A DNA stretch of 64,000 nt, from assembly GCA_027484685.1 (NCBI GenBank), contig JAIXSO010000026.1, forward strand, positions 18,406 to 82,405. The letters are read 5' to 3'. Both the position numbers and the translations under genes were made by a program. Each line of letters starts with the position of its first letter. Position 1 is the stretch's first letter. The stretch comes from Bacteroidota bacterium. GTDB lineage: Bacteria; Bacteroidota; Bacteroidia; UKL13-3. A model generated the notes under the pieces. That model was not told the DNA's origin. It ran no database searches and saw nothing but the letters and a program-made list of their open reading frames with translations. Positions 38,022 to 47,946 of the stretch are shown here, one piece after another.

Positions 38022-39356
38022 ATGAAAAAAATTTATATTTTGTTCTGTTTTATTTTATTGAACGTTAACGTATTTTCTCAAAATGGATTATATGGTATTG
38101 TAAGAAAAAATTATTATTCAATTGTTAGAAATCCTACAGATACTAATCAAACATTCGAACAATTTGATTCTGCAACAATTCGATTAGGGTTTTTAAATCC
38201 GTCATCAGGACAAGTTAGTAATATAGGCAGCAATTTATACAATCAAACAATTAACCTAACTGGAGCTGCTTTAAACCCTTACGACAGCACGTTTATTTAT
38301 ATTGGAGCAGATAAAATTAATACAATTGATTTAAATACGGGTGTAATTATTAATAGTATTCCTTTGTCAAATCCTATACAAAGTAGTTACTTTGATAACT
38401 TTAGGTTTAATAATTCGGATAGTACCATGTATGGTTTAGCGCGAAGAAGTTATTTGGATCCAATTACTAACACCTTAGTTGGTGAAGTTTACATGGCTAA
38501 AGCAAATACCAATACAGGCGTAATAACGCAAATTTCTCCAAGTTCTGTTGGAAATGGATATGCATTATTGGGCAGTTCAATTGATCCTTATCAAATGGTT
38601 TATTATTATTCAGATGGAACACATATTATTGGATTAGATATTTATACTGGCTTGGTTTACAGTAAGGTGGTAATTAACAATGTGTTTGGAACAACGTTTG
38701 GAAACTTTACTTACAATTGTAATGATAATAAAATATATGGGCTAATTGGAAAGAACTATTTTAGAACTGTAACTGATTCACTTGGTACTTATGAAATACT
38801 GGATTCAAATACACAAACTTTGGGCACTATCAATCCTAATTCTGGAATTGTAACTCAAGTTTCGGCCAATACATTAAGTAAAGTTGGATATACAATAAAT
38901 GGAGGTTCTACAATTGACCCTAATACCAACACTTATTATTTTAATATAGGTACCAAAGTAATTGGTGTATCAATTTTTGATGGAACTATAGTTAGCGATC
39001 CTAGTTTTATTTTTTCTGATGGACAGTATTTTGATTTAATAAGAAACTTACAAAGCTGCTATTCGGCTTATTCATTGAGAAAAAAACCAACAAATGTTGC
39101 CTCTGTTAATTCTCAAAAAAATAATATACAAGTTTATCCTAATCCGTTTAAAAATACGGTAAGTGTAAATGGAGGTAATCAACAAATAGGAACAGTGGAG
39201 ATTTACTCTATATCAGGTAGTTTAATAAAGAAACAAAACATAACTGAAAATGGCCAAGAAATTGAACTTTCAGAATTAAAAAGTGGAATTTATTTTTTAA
39301 AAATAAATACTCCAGAAAACGAAAGTACCTTTATAAAAATTTGCAAATCGGAGTAA
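38022..39356 (+). CDS. T9SS type A cargo protein, probable beta-propeller
   Basis: Signal peptide; three internal repeats (YGxxxxxY, SIDP..YY); VYPNPF...GIYFLKI CTD. Confidence 0.8.
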   Translation: MKKIYILFCFILLNVNVFSQNGLYGIVRKNYYSIVRNPTDTNQTFEQFDSATIRLGFLNPSSGQVSNIGSNLYNQTINLTGAALNPYDSTFIYIGADKINTIDLNTGVIINSIPLSNPIQSSYFDNFRFNNSDSTMYGLARRSYLDPITNTLVGEVYMAKANTNTGVITQISPSSVGNGYALLGSSIDPYQMVYYYSDGTHIIGLDIYTGLVYSKVVINNVFGTTFGNFTYNCNDNKIYGLIGKNYFRTVTDSLGTYEILDSNTQTLGTINPNSGIVTQVSANTLSKVGYTINGGSTIDPNTNTYYFNIGTKVIGVSIFDGTIVSDPSFIFSDGQYFDLIRNLQSCYSAYSLRKKPTNVASVNSQKNNIQVYPNPFKNTVSVNGGNQQIGTVEIYSISGSLIKKQNITENGQEIELSELKSGIYFLKINTPENESTFIKICKSE

Positions 39357-39389
39357 AACTGATTAATCGTAATAAAACAATCACATTCA

Positions 39390-39420
39390 AATCCCGAAGC
39401 GAAAGCAGAGGGATTTTTTT
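39390..39420 (+). terminator. Intrinsic terminator
   Basis: aatccc...gggatt stem followed by T7. Confidence 0.6.
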
Positions 39421-39497
39421 GTTAATAATTAATTTTAACAAATTAATTCAAACTATTCAATAAAATAATAAGTTTGAAATTGTTACAAACAAGCATA

Positions 39498-42400
39498 ATG
39501 AATAAAGAAACCCATATTCAAAATTATTTTAAAACGGTTAAAGCTGCTTCAAATGAACTTTCTAAAAAGGAAGCTTTTAAAGATTTATTGAATAGAATAT
39601 ATGCTAATGAGGAGTCTTATACAAAACTGATTGATAGAATGACCTTAGGTTCTGAAAAAGCCATTTTTAATATTCCAAAAGGTGATAAAAATAAAACAGG
39701 AAGGGCTGATACCAAATACAATCAAGTAATTATTGAATTTGAAAAAGACTTACGTAAAACTGGAGAACATGCCAAAGAACAATTAGCTGAATACTTTTTT
39801 GGAACTTATAAAAGTGGAGGAGATTATAACCTAACCTTAATTGCTACCGATTGCATAACTTGGAAAATATTTGTACCAAGTTTTGAAACCTTTGAAAACA
39901 TAAGCTCAATAAAGCTACGCGAAGTAAAATTGGAAGAGTTAAAAGGTGGAACTTTTGTTTTAAGCGAAAATAATGGCAATGATTTCTTTTATTTTATCGA
40001 CCGTTATTTGTTTAGAACGGAAGCTCAAAAAGCTACTTTAGAATATATTGAACAAGATTTTGGTTTACAATCTGCTGTATTCATCAACTCATTTAAACAA
40101 CTAAAAGAACATTTTAATGATGTAAAAAAATATGGTGAAGTGCAAGTAAGCTTTGAACAATGGCGTAAGTTTTTGTTTATAGCTTATGGTATAGAAGAAT
40201 TACCAGAAAATATATTTTTAGTACATACTTATTTAAGTGTTTTTGCTAAGATGCTTGCCTATACTGTTCTTACTGATGATGATTTTATTGACGACCAAGA
40301 GCTAGAGCAAATTATTAATGGAAGTATTTTTGAAACATTAAATGTAAAAAATTTAACTGACAATGACTTTTTTCATTGGGTAAAATCTGAACGAAGTTTT
40401 AGAGAACTAAAATCTGCTTTTAGGCAAATAGCCCTGGAGTTAAGTAATTATAGTTTTAAAAATGTAGATGAAGATGTTTTGAAAGGGGTGTATCAAAACT
40501 TAATTGATATTGATACTCGTCACGCTTTGGGTGAATACTACACACCCGATTGGCTTTGTGAAATGGTGGTAAGAGAAATGCCAATAAAAACAGATAGTAA
40601 AACATTAGACCCTAGTTGTGGAAGTGGTTCGTTTTTAAGAACAGTTATAGATAAACTTAAAAATGAAAATAAAACAATAACAGCAAATGAATTGGCAAAT
40701 AATGTTTATGGCATAGATATTCATCCATTAAGTGTGCAAATAGCTAAAACTACCTTACTTGTTGCTATTGGAAAAGATTTAATTCGAAAATCGAAAAAAC
40801 CAGTTAGTTTAAACGTATTTTTATCAAATACCATATTGATTCCTGATGGTGTAAAAAACCTATTTGGTGGTGATTTTACCTTAACTATTGATAGAGAAAA
40901 ATATAAACTAAATACCCAAGTTTTAGAAGATGATAAACTATTCGATGAAGCATTAAATGTAGCAGATGCTTTGGCAGAGTTAACCTTGGGTAAAAAGGCT
41001 GTTGACCAAACTACTTTTATTAATAATTTAAAGAAAAGTTATCCTTATGCACCTATTCCTGTATTAAACGATAGCTTGTATAAAATATATTTAGGTTTGA
41101 AAAGAACCAAAGAAAGCGGTAGAGATAGTATTTGGAAGTTTATACTTCAAAATATGTACAAGCCATATTTTTTAAAAGAAAGATTCGATTTTATAGTGGG
41201 TAATCCGCCTTGGTTTACTTGGAGTAGCGTTAAAAAAGAGGATTACCAAGATGAACTTAAAACACTTGCAGAAAGCTACTAAGTAATGCCTGAACGCAAA
41301 GCCAATTTTCCACACTTGGAAATCGCAGCCATTTTTTTAGCGCATTGCAGCAATTATTTTTTAAAAGAAAATGGTCAATTAGCATTTGTATTACCAAGAA
41401 GCTTTATGAGTGCTGACCAACATGAAAATACACGAAATGGCAAAGCCAAAGGATTTACCTTAACACAAATTTGGGATTTGGATGCTGTTACTAATTTATT
41501 TAGGGTGCCTAGTTGTGTTTTATTTTCCGAAAAGAAATTAAAAACTTCAGTAAGCCAATACCACAAAGGTATAAATGGAATAAGCTTTAAGGGGCGAATA
41601 AAAAAACATAATTGTAGTATAAAGGAAGTAGAAGATGCTGGAGTATTAACTCAAACCGAAAATACATTTTACTATACTACATTGGGAAAAAGCAGTGCTT
41701 TTAGTGTTTCTAAGCAATCAAAAAAAGGAAGTCAAAATAAAACGAGTTATTACAAAACTTCGTTTAAACAGGGAGCTACATTAGTGCCTCGAAATTTTTA
41801 TTTTGTAGAGCTAACACAAGAAGAGCCCGAAGATTGGGACGATAGGTTGATAAATATAAAAACCAGTTCTGAAAGCATGAAACAAGCCAAAAAACCTTGG
41901 AATGAAATAGACATGCACGGACAAATAGATAGCCAATATTTTTTTAGAACAGCTATTTCTAAAAATGTTTTGCCTTTTGTTTTGTATAATCCCGAATTGG
42001 TAATACTTCCTATAAAAATAAACCAAGAAAATAAACAAATAACCATGCAAACGCATGAGGAAATTTTGAAGGACGGTTACTATATCACAGCGCAATGGTT
42101 TAAGAATGTAGAAAATGTTTGGAATATTCTTAAAACTGAAAAAAATGAAAAAATTTCAAGCGGAAATTATTTGAATTGGCAAAACAAATTAACCGATCAA
42201 GATTTAAATAAAAAGTACATGGTACTTTATACTGCAAGTGCAAAAAATGCAAATAGCTGTGTGGTAAAACGGGAAGATTTAAAATTGGAATTTATAGTAG
42301 AAAGTACAACTTATGTATTTTTTTCAAACAATAAAAATGAAGCTTATTATGTTTCTGCTTTACTAAATTCAAGTGTTCCAAATGAATTAATGAAAGACTT

Positions 42401-42671
42401 TCAAGCAAAGGGATTATTTGGAGAACGCCATGTACATAAAAAAATATTAGACATTCCTTTTCCACAATTTAACGAAATGAATCAAGCTCATATTGATTTG
42501 GCTTTACTATCAGAAAGCTGCCATACCAAAGCTGCCAAATGGATGAGAGAAAACAATATTCCTGATAATTTAGACCCAATAAAACTAGGCAAAGTTAGGG
42601 TTCAAATAAAAGCTTATTTGAATGAGGAGATGAAAAAGATAGATAAGTTGGTGAAGGGGGTGATAAAATGA
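39498..42671 (+). pseudogene. Type IIG-like restriction-modification enzyme (nuclease + N6-adenine MTase + specificity region) interrupted by in-frame TAA at 41280-41282
   Basis: GRAD..Y..VIIEFEK PD-(D/E)XK-like motif, GEYYTP, LDPSCGSG, GNPPW; downstream ORF 41286-42671 is in the same frame and carries LKENGQLAFVLP; TAAGTTTG promoter element at 39469. Confidence 0.8.
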
Positions 42672-42678
42672 TAGGTTA

Positions 42679-43830
42679 ATGTTTAAAGTTTTACATTGGA
42701 AAAAAATTATTTTTAATATTATTCGAGTTGTCATCATGAAAAAAGAATCATTGTTTTATAACCCAACATTTAGTGTTTTTATCCAAGCTTTTATTGTAGT
42801 TTGTTTAGGTTTATGCACTATTCCAATAATTGGTTTTGTATTTTCTTCAATATTTAAAATAGCTCCAAATAATTTAGGAGATACAATAGGAGGAACAATG
42901 GGGCCATTCGTTGCTTTATTTGCTGCCTTGTTAACTTTCTTGGCTTTTTATGTTCAATATCAAGCAAATCAGTCGCAGAGGAACGACATAAAAAGAGAAA
43001 GATTTGAAACACAATATTATGAAATAATTAAATTGCACAGAGAAAATGTTTCGGAAATAAAAATAAGAAGTGATAATGGTTCTATTGAAAGTAGATATGC
43101 ATTTGTAACAATGTTCAATGAATTTAAATTTATTTATCGTTTTTGTTATGACACGTATTTTAGAATGGTGGAAAGAGGAAAAATTGAGATATTAGATAAT
43201 GAAGAGTTGATTGTTAAAGAAAAAATTCTCAATATGTCTTACATTCTATTTTTTATAGGTGTAGGTCCAAATTCATTTGATTTAAGTTTTGCTTCTGCTT
43301 CTGAAAAATCTAAAAAATTACACAAAGAATGTTATGAAGAATTAGAAAAATTGAAGTTAAAACATGTTGATAATAACTATTTTTCAAAATTTAATTTTGA
43401 AAAATTAGGAATAGAAATGGTACTTCAATTAAAATACAAACCTTTTGGAGGGCATATGTCGAGATTAGGACATTACTACAGGAATTTATATATGGCAATA
43501 AAATATGTAGATTCACAAGACTTTTTAAGTGAAAATGAAAAATATAGTTACATTAAAATAATTAGGGCTCAATTGTCAAATCATGAACAAGCCCTAATAT
43601 ACTACAACGTAATTTCTGGTTTTGGTTGGCGTTGGATAGAAAAAGAGAAAAACTATTTAGTAAAATATCGACTCATTCATAATGTACCTACAACATTATT
43701 AGAATTTGCAATTAAACCAAGAGACCATAAAATAATTGGTGAACAAATAAAAGAGTGGGAAGAAGTCAAGAATAAAAATCACAAAGAAGACTTAAATGGA
43801 TGGACACCTTTTTTTGAATGGGAAGAATAA
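42679..43830 (+). CDS. Putative phage abortive infection protein (AbiC-like, 2 N-terminal TMs); start may be 42736
   Basis: GDTIGG.MGP, FETQYYEIIKLHRENV, LGHYYRNLY, IIRAQLSNHEQ signature. Confidence 0.75.
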   Translation: MFKVLHWKKIIFNIIRVVIMKKESLFYNPTFSVFIQAFIVVCLGLCTIPIIGFVFSSIFKIAPNNLGDTIGGTMGPFVALFAALLTFLAFYVQYQANQSQRNDIKRERFETQYYEIIKLHRENVSEIKIRSDNGSIESRYAFVTMFNEFKFIYRFCYDTYFRMVERGKIEILDNEELIVKEKILNMSYILFFIGVGPNSFDLSFASASEKSKKLHKECYEELEKLKLKHVDNNYFSKFNFEKLGIEMVLQLKYKPFGGHMSRLGHYYRNLYMAIKYVDSQDFLSENEKYSYIKIIRAQLSNHEQALIYYNVISGFGWRWIEKEKNYLVKYRLIHNVPTTLLEFAIKPRDHKIIGEQIKEWEEVKNKNHKEDLNGWTPFFEWEE

Positions 43831-43842
43831 AAAAATTATAAA

Positions 43843-44802
43843 ATGGAAAAGAAATATTCAGTCTTTGTAAGTTCAACTTATGAAGATTTAAAAGAACATA
43901 GAGAAAAAGTAATATATAGTTTAGTTGAAAATAATTATTTTCCTGTTGCTATGGAATTTTTCCAAGCTTCAAGCGATAATAAATGGGAGCGAATAAAAAA
44001 GTTAATTAAAGATTGTGATTATTTTATTTTGATAGCTGGCGGTAGGTATGGAGAAATTCAATACGATGATAAAAGTTTTATTGAGTTGGAGTATGATTTT
44101 GCATTAGAAAATAATATTCCTGTAAATGTTTTTGTTGTAAATTCAATTGACGAACTTAGAAGTAAAGATGTTGATCATGGAGAAAAAAGAGAAAGTTTAA
44201 ATAGGTTTATCAGGAAAATTCAGGATGATAAAATATCAAAATCATACAAAAATGTTGATGATTTAAAAGCTGTAGTAGTTAATTCATTAAATCGATTAAT
44301 TATAGATAGTCCAAGAGTTGGTTGGATAAGGGGTACTACCTATAAAATTAAAGAAACTTTAAATGAGAGAATTGATTTCGAAATAGACATTACTGAAATT
44401 ACCAAATGGATAAATACTGAAAATATTACAATAGAATATAACCCAATTGGTAAAGATTATTCCATATTTTCTTTTGAAAATTTTTCTTCCGAATCTCTTG
44501 CTTTAAGTGTAAAAGAAGTTTGGGATATACTTCGATTAAAATGTTTGCAAGAACTTCCTGAAACGGAAATAGGAAAGAGTTTAAATTTGCTCATCGACAG
44601 AAAAATAAAGGTTAGTATAAAAGATAAATTTTCATTTAATGACACCAATATTTTTAAAGATTCATTTGATAATGTAATAAGAGTTTTTGTTGATAGAGGT
44701 TTAATTGAACCTTCTTTAAAAAGTAAATTAAGTATTAAAAATCAAAAAGATTGCTATTGGAAGTTATCTTCATTGGGAGAAGTTATCAATAGTGGAAAGT
44801 AA
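43843..44802 (+). CDS. DUF4062 (TIR-like) domain protein
   Basis: YSVFVSSTYEDL, MEFF, CDYFILIAGGRYG, SFIELEYDFA, PRVGWIRG. Confidence 0.85.
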   Translation: MEKKYSVFVSSTYEDLKEHREKVIYSLVENNYFPVAMEFFQASSDNKWERIKKLIKDCDYFILIAGGRYGEIQYDDKSFIELEYDFALENNIPVNVFVVNSIDELRSKDVDHGEKRESLNRFIRKIQDDKISKSYKNVDDLKAVVVNSLNRLIIDSPRVGWIRGTTYKIKETLNERIDFEIDITEITKWINTENITIEYNPIGKDYSIFSFENFSSESLALSVKEVWDILRLKCLQELPETEIGKSLNLLIDRKIKVSIKDKFSFNDTNIFKDSFDNVIRVFVDRGLIEPSLKSKLSIKNQKDCYWKLSSLGEVINSGK

Positions 44803-44825
44803 AAATAACTTTAATAATTATTTTT

Positions 44826-45923
44826 ATGGATAAACTCATTCCAACATTTACTGATATCAGTAAATGGAACATAAACGTATATACTAATACGGGAGGTACA
44901 CGTAGCAAGCAAATTGCGGTGCATCCTGAAACTGATAAGGAATATTTTTTTAAAGGTTCTAAAGTAATTAAAGATACCAATGAAATACGTTATCCTACTG
45001 AATTTTGGTCTGAAATAGTTTCGTCAAAAATAGGTCAATATTTAGGTTTCGATATGCTTGATTATAATATTGGATTTAACCAAAATAATCAATTGCAAAA
45101 AATTGGTTGTCTTTCGAAATCAATGATTGAAAACTCTGAAAATAGATTAACAGAAGGAAAAATGTATTTGATGGGTTTTAATTCAAATTACAATCCAAAT
45201 TTGAAGGAACATCAGAGTTTATATACTTTTCAATTCATAAGTGAATCTCTTATAAGTTTTGATTTTGAACTATTTATCAATAAGGTAATAGAAGTTATAA
45301 TCTTTGATAGTATAATTGGCAATTCTGATAGGCATCAAGAAAATTGGGGAATAATTACTAACTATAACCACACCATAAGGGGTATAGATGCACATTTAGA
45401 AACTGAAGTTAAGAATTTTTTTACAAAACAAAAATTTCGTGTAGCTAAATGGTATTTAAAGCTAATTTCTAAAGCACAGATTAATATGAAAAAAATTCCA
45501 AAATCAATTTTATCTCAGCAATCATCATTTGCTCCAAATTTATTTGCTCCAATATATGATAGCGGTTGTTGCTTAGGGAGAGAAATTGAAGAGGAAAGAT
45601 TAAATAAAATGTTGCTAGATAATAATATGTTAGAAGCTTACGTTAGAAAAGGTGAATCAGAAATTCATTGGGATGGGTTTGAGAAAAAAAAGAAGCATTT
45701 TGAGTTAATTAATTTGGTTAAAGAAATACATAAATACCAAGTTTGTGAAGTTATTGATAGGGTAGTGAATAAATTCAAGAATGAAGATATACAAACAATA
45801 ATATTTAATATTGACAGAAATATTCCTCCTCATTTAAGCCAATATAAATTAGCAGATAATAGAAAAGAGTTAATGAATAAAATTATAAATTTGCGCATTG
45901 AAAAGTTGAAAGAGATAAGATGA
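44826..45923 (+). CDS. HipA/CtkA-family Ser/Thr kinase
   Basis: TGGTRSK loop, YFFK, WSEIVSS, FDSIIGNSDRHQENWG, FAPIYDSG. Confidence 0.85.
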   Translation: MDKLIPTFTDISKWNINVYTNTGGTRSKQIAVHPETDKEYFFKGSKVIKDTNEIRYPTEFWSEIVSSKIGQYLGFDMLDYNIGFNQNNQLQKIGCLSKSMIENSENRLTEGKMYLMGFNSNYNPNLKEHQSLYTFQFISESLISFDFELFINKVIEVIIFDSIIGNSDRHQENWGIITNYNHTIRGIDAHLETEVKNFFTKQKFRVAKWYLKLISKAQINMKKIPKSILSQQSSFAPNLFAPIYDSGCCLGREIEEERLNKMLLDNNMLEAYVRKGESEIHWDGFEKKKKHFELINLVKEIHKYQVCEVIDRVVNKFKNEDIQTIIFNIDRNIPPHLSQYKLADNRKELMNKIINLRIEKLKEIR

Positions 45924-46573
45924 AAGAGATAGGAAACATACATTTGTGTTGGCGTCAAGCAAAAGGATCCAATAGGATTCCCATAGGTACTATTAAACAT
46001 AGTGTTACAGGTGGAGTACGTTTCTCTTATAATCAGAATGAAGTAGCAAAAGCAAGAAAATTAGGTTTTCAGCATTACGAAGGATTTCCAGATATAACAA
46101 AGGTGTATGATGAAAATGTGCTAGAAATATTTGGACAGAGGTTAATTAAAAGTGAACGTTCTGACACAAGTGCCTTTTATGAATTTTGGGGAATAGATGC
46201 CCAATATAAAGATAACGATTTCTATATGCTTGCTTATACTCAAGGACTTTTACCAACCGATAACTATGAGTTTTTGGCAGACTTTCACCCAATGCCTAAT
46301 CTATCGTTTGTTTCTGAAATTACAGGTTTAACTGAAGCTAAGTTAGAAGCTGATTTGTTAAAAGTTGGAGATAAATTGACTTATAAACGAGAGCCAAATA
46401 ATGTCTTTGATAATAAAGCAATAGGTCTATACTTAGGAGAATTGTATTTAGGCCATGTTAAATTAATTCATAGTAGAGTGTTTTATAAAACAAATACCTT
46501 ATTAAAAGTTAGTGTTCATAATATTGAAAAGAATGGTTTCTTGAAAAGGGTATTTATTAAGATAAATAGTTAG
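45920..46573 (+). CDS. HIRAN-domain protein with HipS-like N-terminus, putative kinase partner/antitoxin
   Basis: ATGA overlap with the kinase stop; F..RL...R.D, T.G..PTD.YEF, REPNN.FD.KAI...LGHV. Confidence 0.75.
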   Translation: MKEIGNIHLCWRQAKGSNRIPIGTIKHSVTGGVRFSYNQNEVAKARKLGFQHYEGFPDITKVYDENVLEIFGQRLIKSERSDTSAFYEFWGIDAQYKDNDFYMLAYTQGLLPTDNYEFLADFHPMPNLSFVSEITGLTEAKLEADLLKVGDKLTYKREPNNVFDNKAIGLYLGELYLGHVKLIHSRVFYKTNTLLKVSVHNIEKNGFLKRVFIKINS

Positions 46574-46723
46574 AATTAAATAATTACCAAACTTTCTTAA
46601 ATCTCTATAAACGTTAAAAAATTGCGCTTTTTACTTTTGAAAGCTCAATTAATCATTGAAACTGAATCAAACTTTTTTTTGGCTAAGCTATCACCTAAGT
46701 TTGTGTGTAATATGGTTGTTTGT

Positions 46724-47586
46724 ATGAAAAAAATGAACTTGTTGGGGCTGATGGTTTTATGGTCTGTGTTTTCAACTGCTCAAATTATTCCTAATGGTGG
46801 TTTTGAAAATTGGACCACAACTGGCAATTATGCTAATCCTGATGGATGGTTTACTTTTAACGCTACGTTTTCTACCATTAATGTTTTTACTGTTGAAAAA
46901 GGAACACCGGGCGCTACTGGCAATAGTTATGCAAAAATTACTTCAAAAAATATTGGCGATAATTTGTTTCCTGGAGCTTTATTAATGGGTTCATTGGTAA
47001 ACAATGAAGTAATTCCTGGTATGGCCATTAATACTAAACCAGCATTTTTACTTGGAAAATACCAATCTAAAATTGGTAAAGACGATACTGCTTTGGTAAT
47101 AGTGCAGTTTACCAAATGGAATAATTTAACCAATACAAGAGAATTAGAAGGGATTGGTATTTTAGATTTTATAGACCTAAATACCGACACTTGGACTGAA
47201 TTTATAGTGAGCATGGATTATTTTGGAAACATTACTCCCGATTCGTGTTCCATAACAATTACCTTAGGCAATTCACCTCCAGCCTCAGATAACTTTTTTG
47301 CTGTTGATGATCTAATTTTTTCAAACACATTGAATTCTGTAAATGAAATAAATAAAATTACAACGCAAGTTTATCCCAATCCTAACGATGGTAAGTTTCT
47401 ATTAACTCAACAGCAAATATGAGCTATATTCAAATAACCAATATTTTAGGTGAAGTAGTTTTTTCTGAAAATATAAATGGTAATTCTGTTCCAATTACTT
47501 TAAATAATTTGGCAGCTGGATTGTATTTTTATTCCATTACTACTGAAAATAATAAGGTTATAAAAGGAATGATTACTATTAATTGA
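46724..47586 (+). pseudogene. T9SS cargo protein (IPNGGFENW domain) frameshifted within its CTD at ~47396-47400
   Basis: After VYPNPNDGKF the CTD continues in another frame: SINSTANMSYIQITNILGEVV...AGLYFYSI...KGMITIN* ending at 47586. Confidence 0.8.
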
Positions 47587-47779
47587 TTTTCGAATTTTAG
47601 TTTCATTTCTTTGTCCGAAATGTTTTTTTTATCAATTTAACAGAAAATAATCACTTGGAAAACCTAATATTGGCCGCAGGTAATGGAAAACAATTAGGTA
47701 AAGCCAAGGAGATGCTTGCAGCATGACTATTGAAGTTTTTTTTTGCCTATCAACTATATCAATTGTCACTATCCAAACA

Positions 47780-47822
47780 AAAAAACTCCTCACACTTTTA
47801 AAAAGTATGGGGAGTTTTTTTA
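47780..47822. terminator. Bidirectional intrinsic terminator at island/clpB junction
   Basis: aaaaaactcc...ggagttttttt hairpin. Confidence 0.7.
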
Positions 47823-47946
47823 TGTTCTATTATAACTGGTTAACAATTTCCTTTAAACAAGGAAGGTGATTATAGCATGACTTTTGAATGGTTCTGTTTT
47901 TTAGCTCCAACTCAAAAATCATACAACAAAAATCACCAATCGGTTA

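Noticed and set aside
41280-41282. Stop-codon reassignment or programmed readthrough
   Set aside because: TAA terminates most core genes in this window, and I see no recoding signal.
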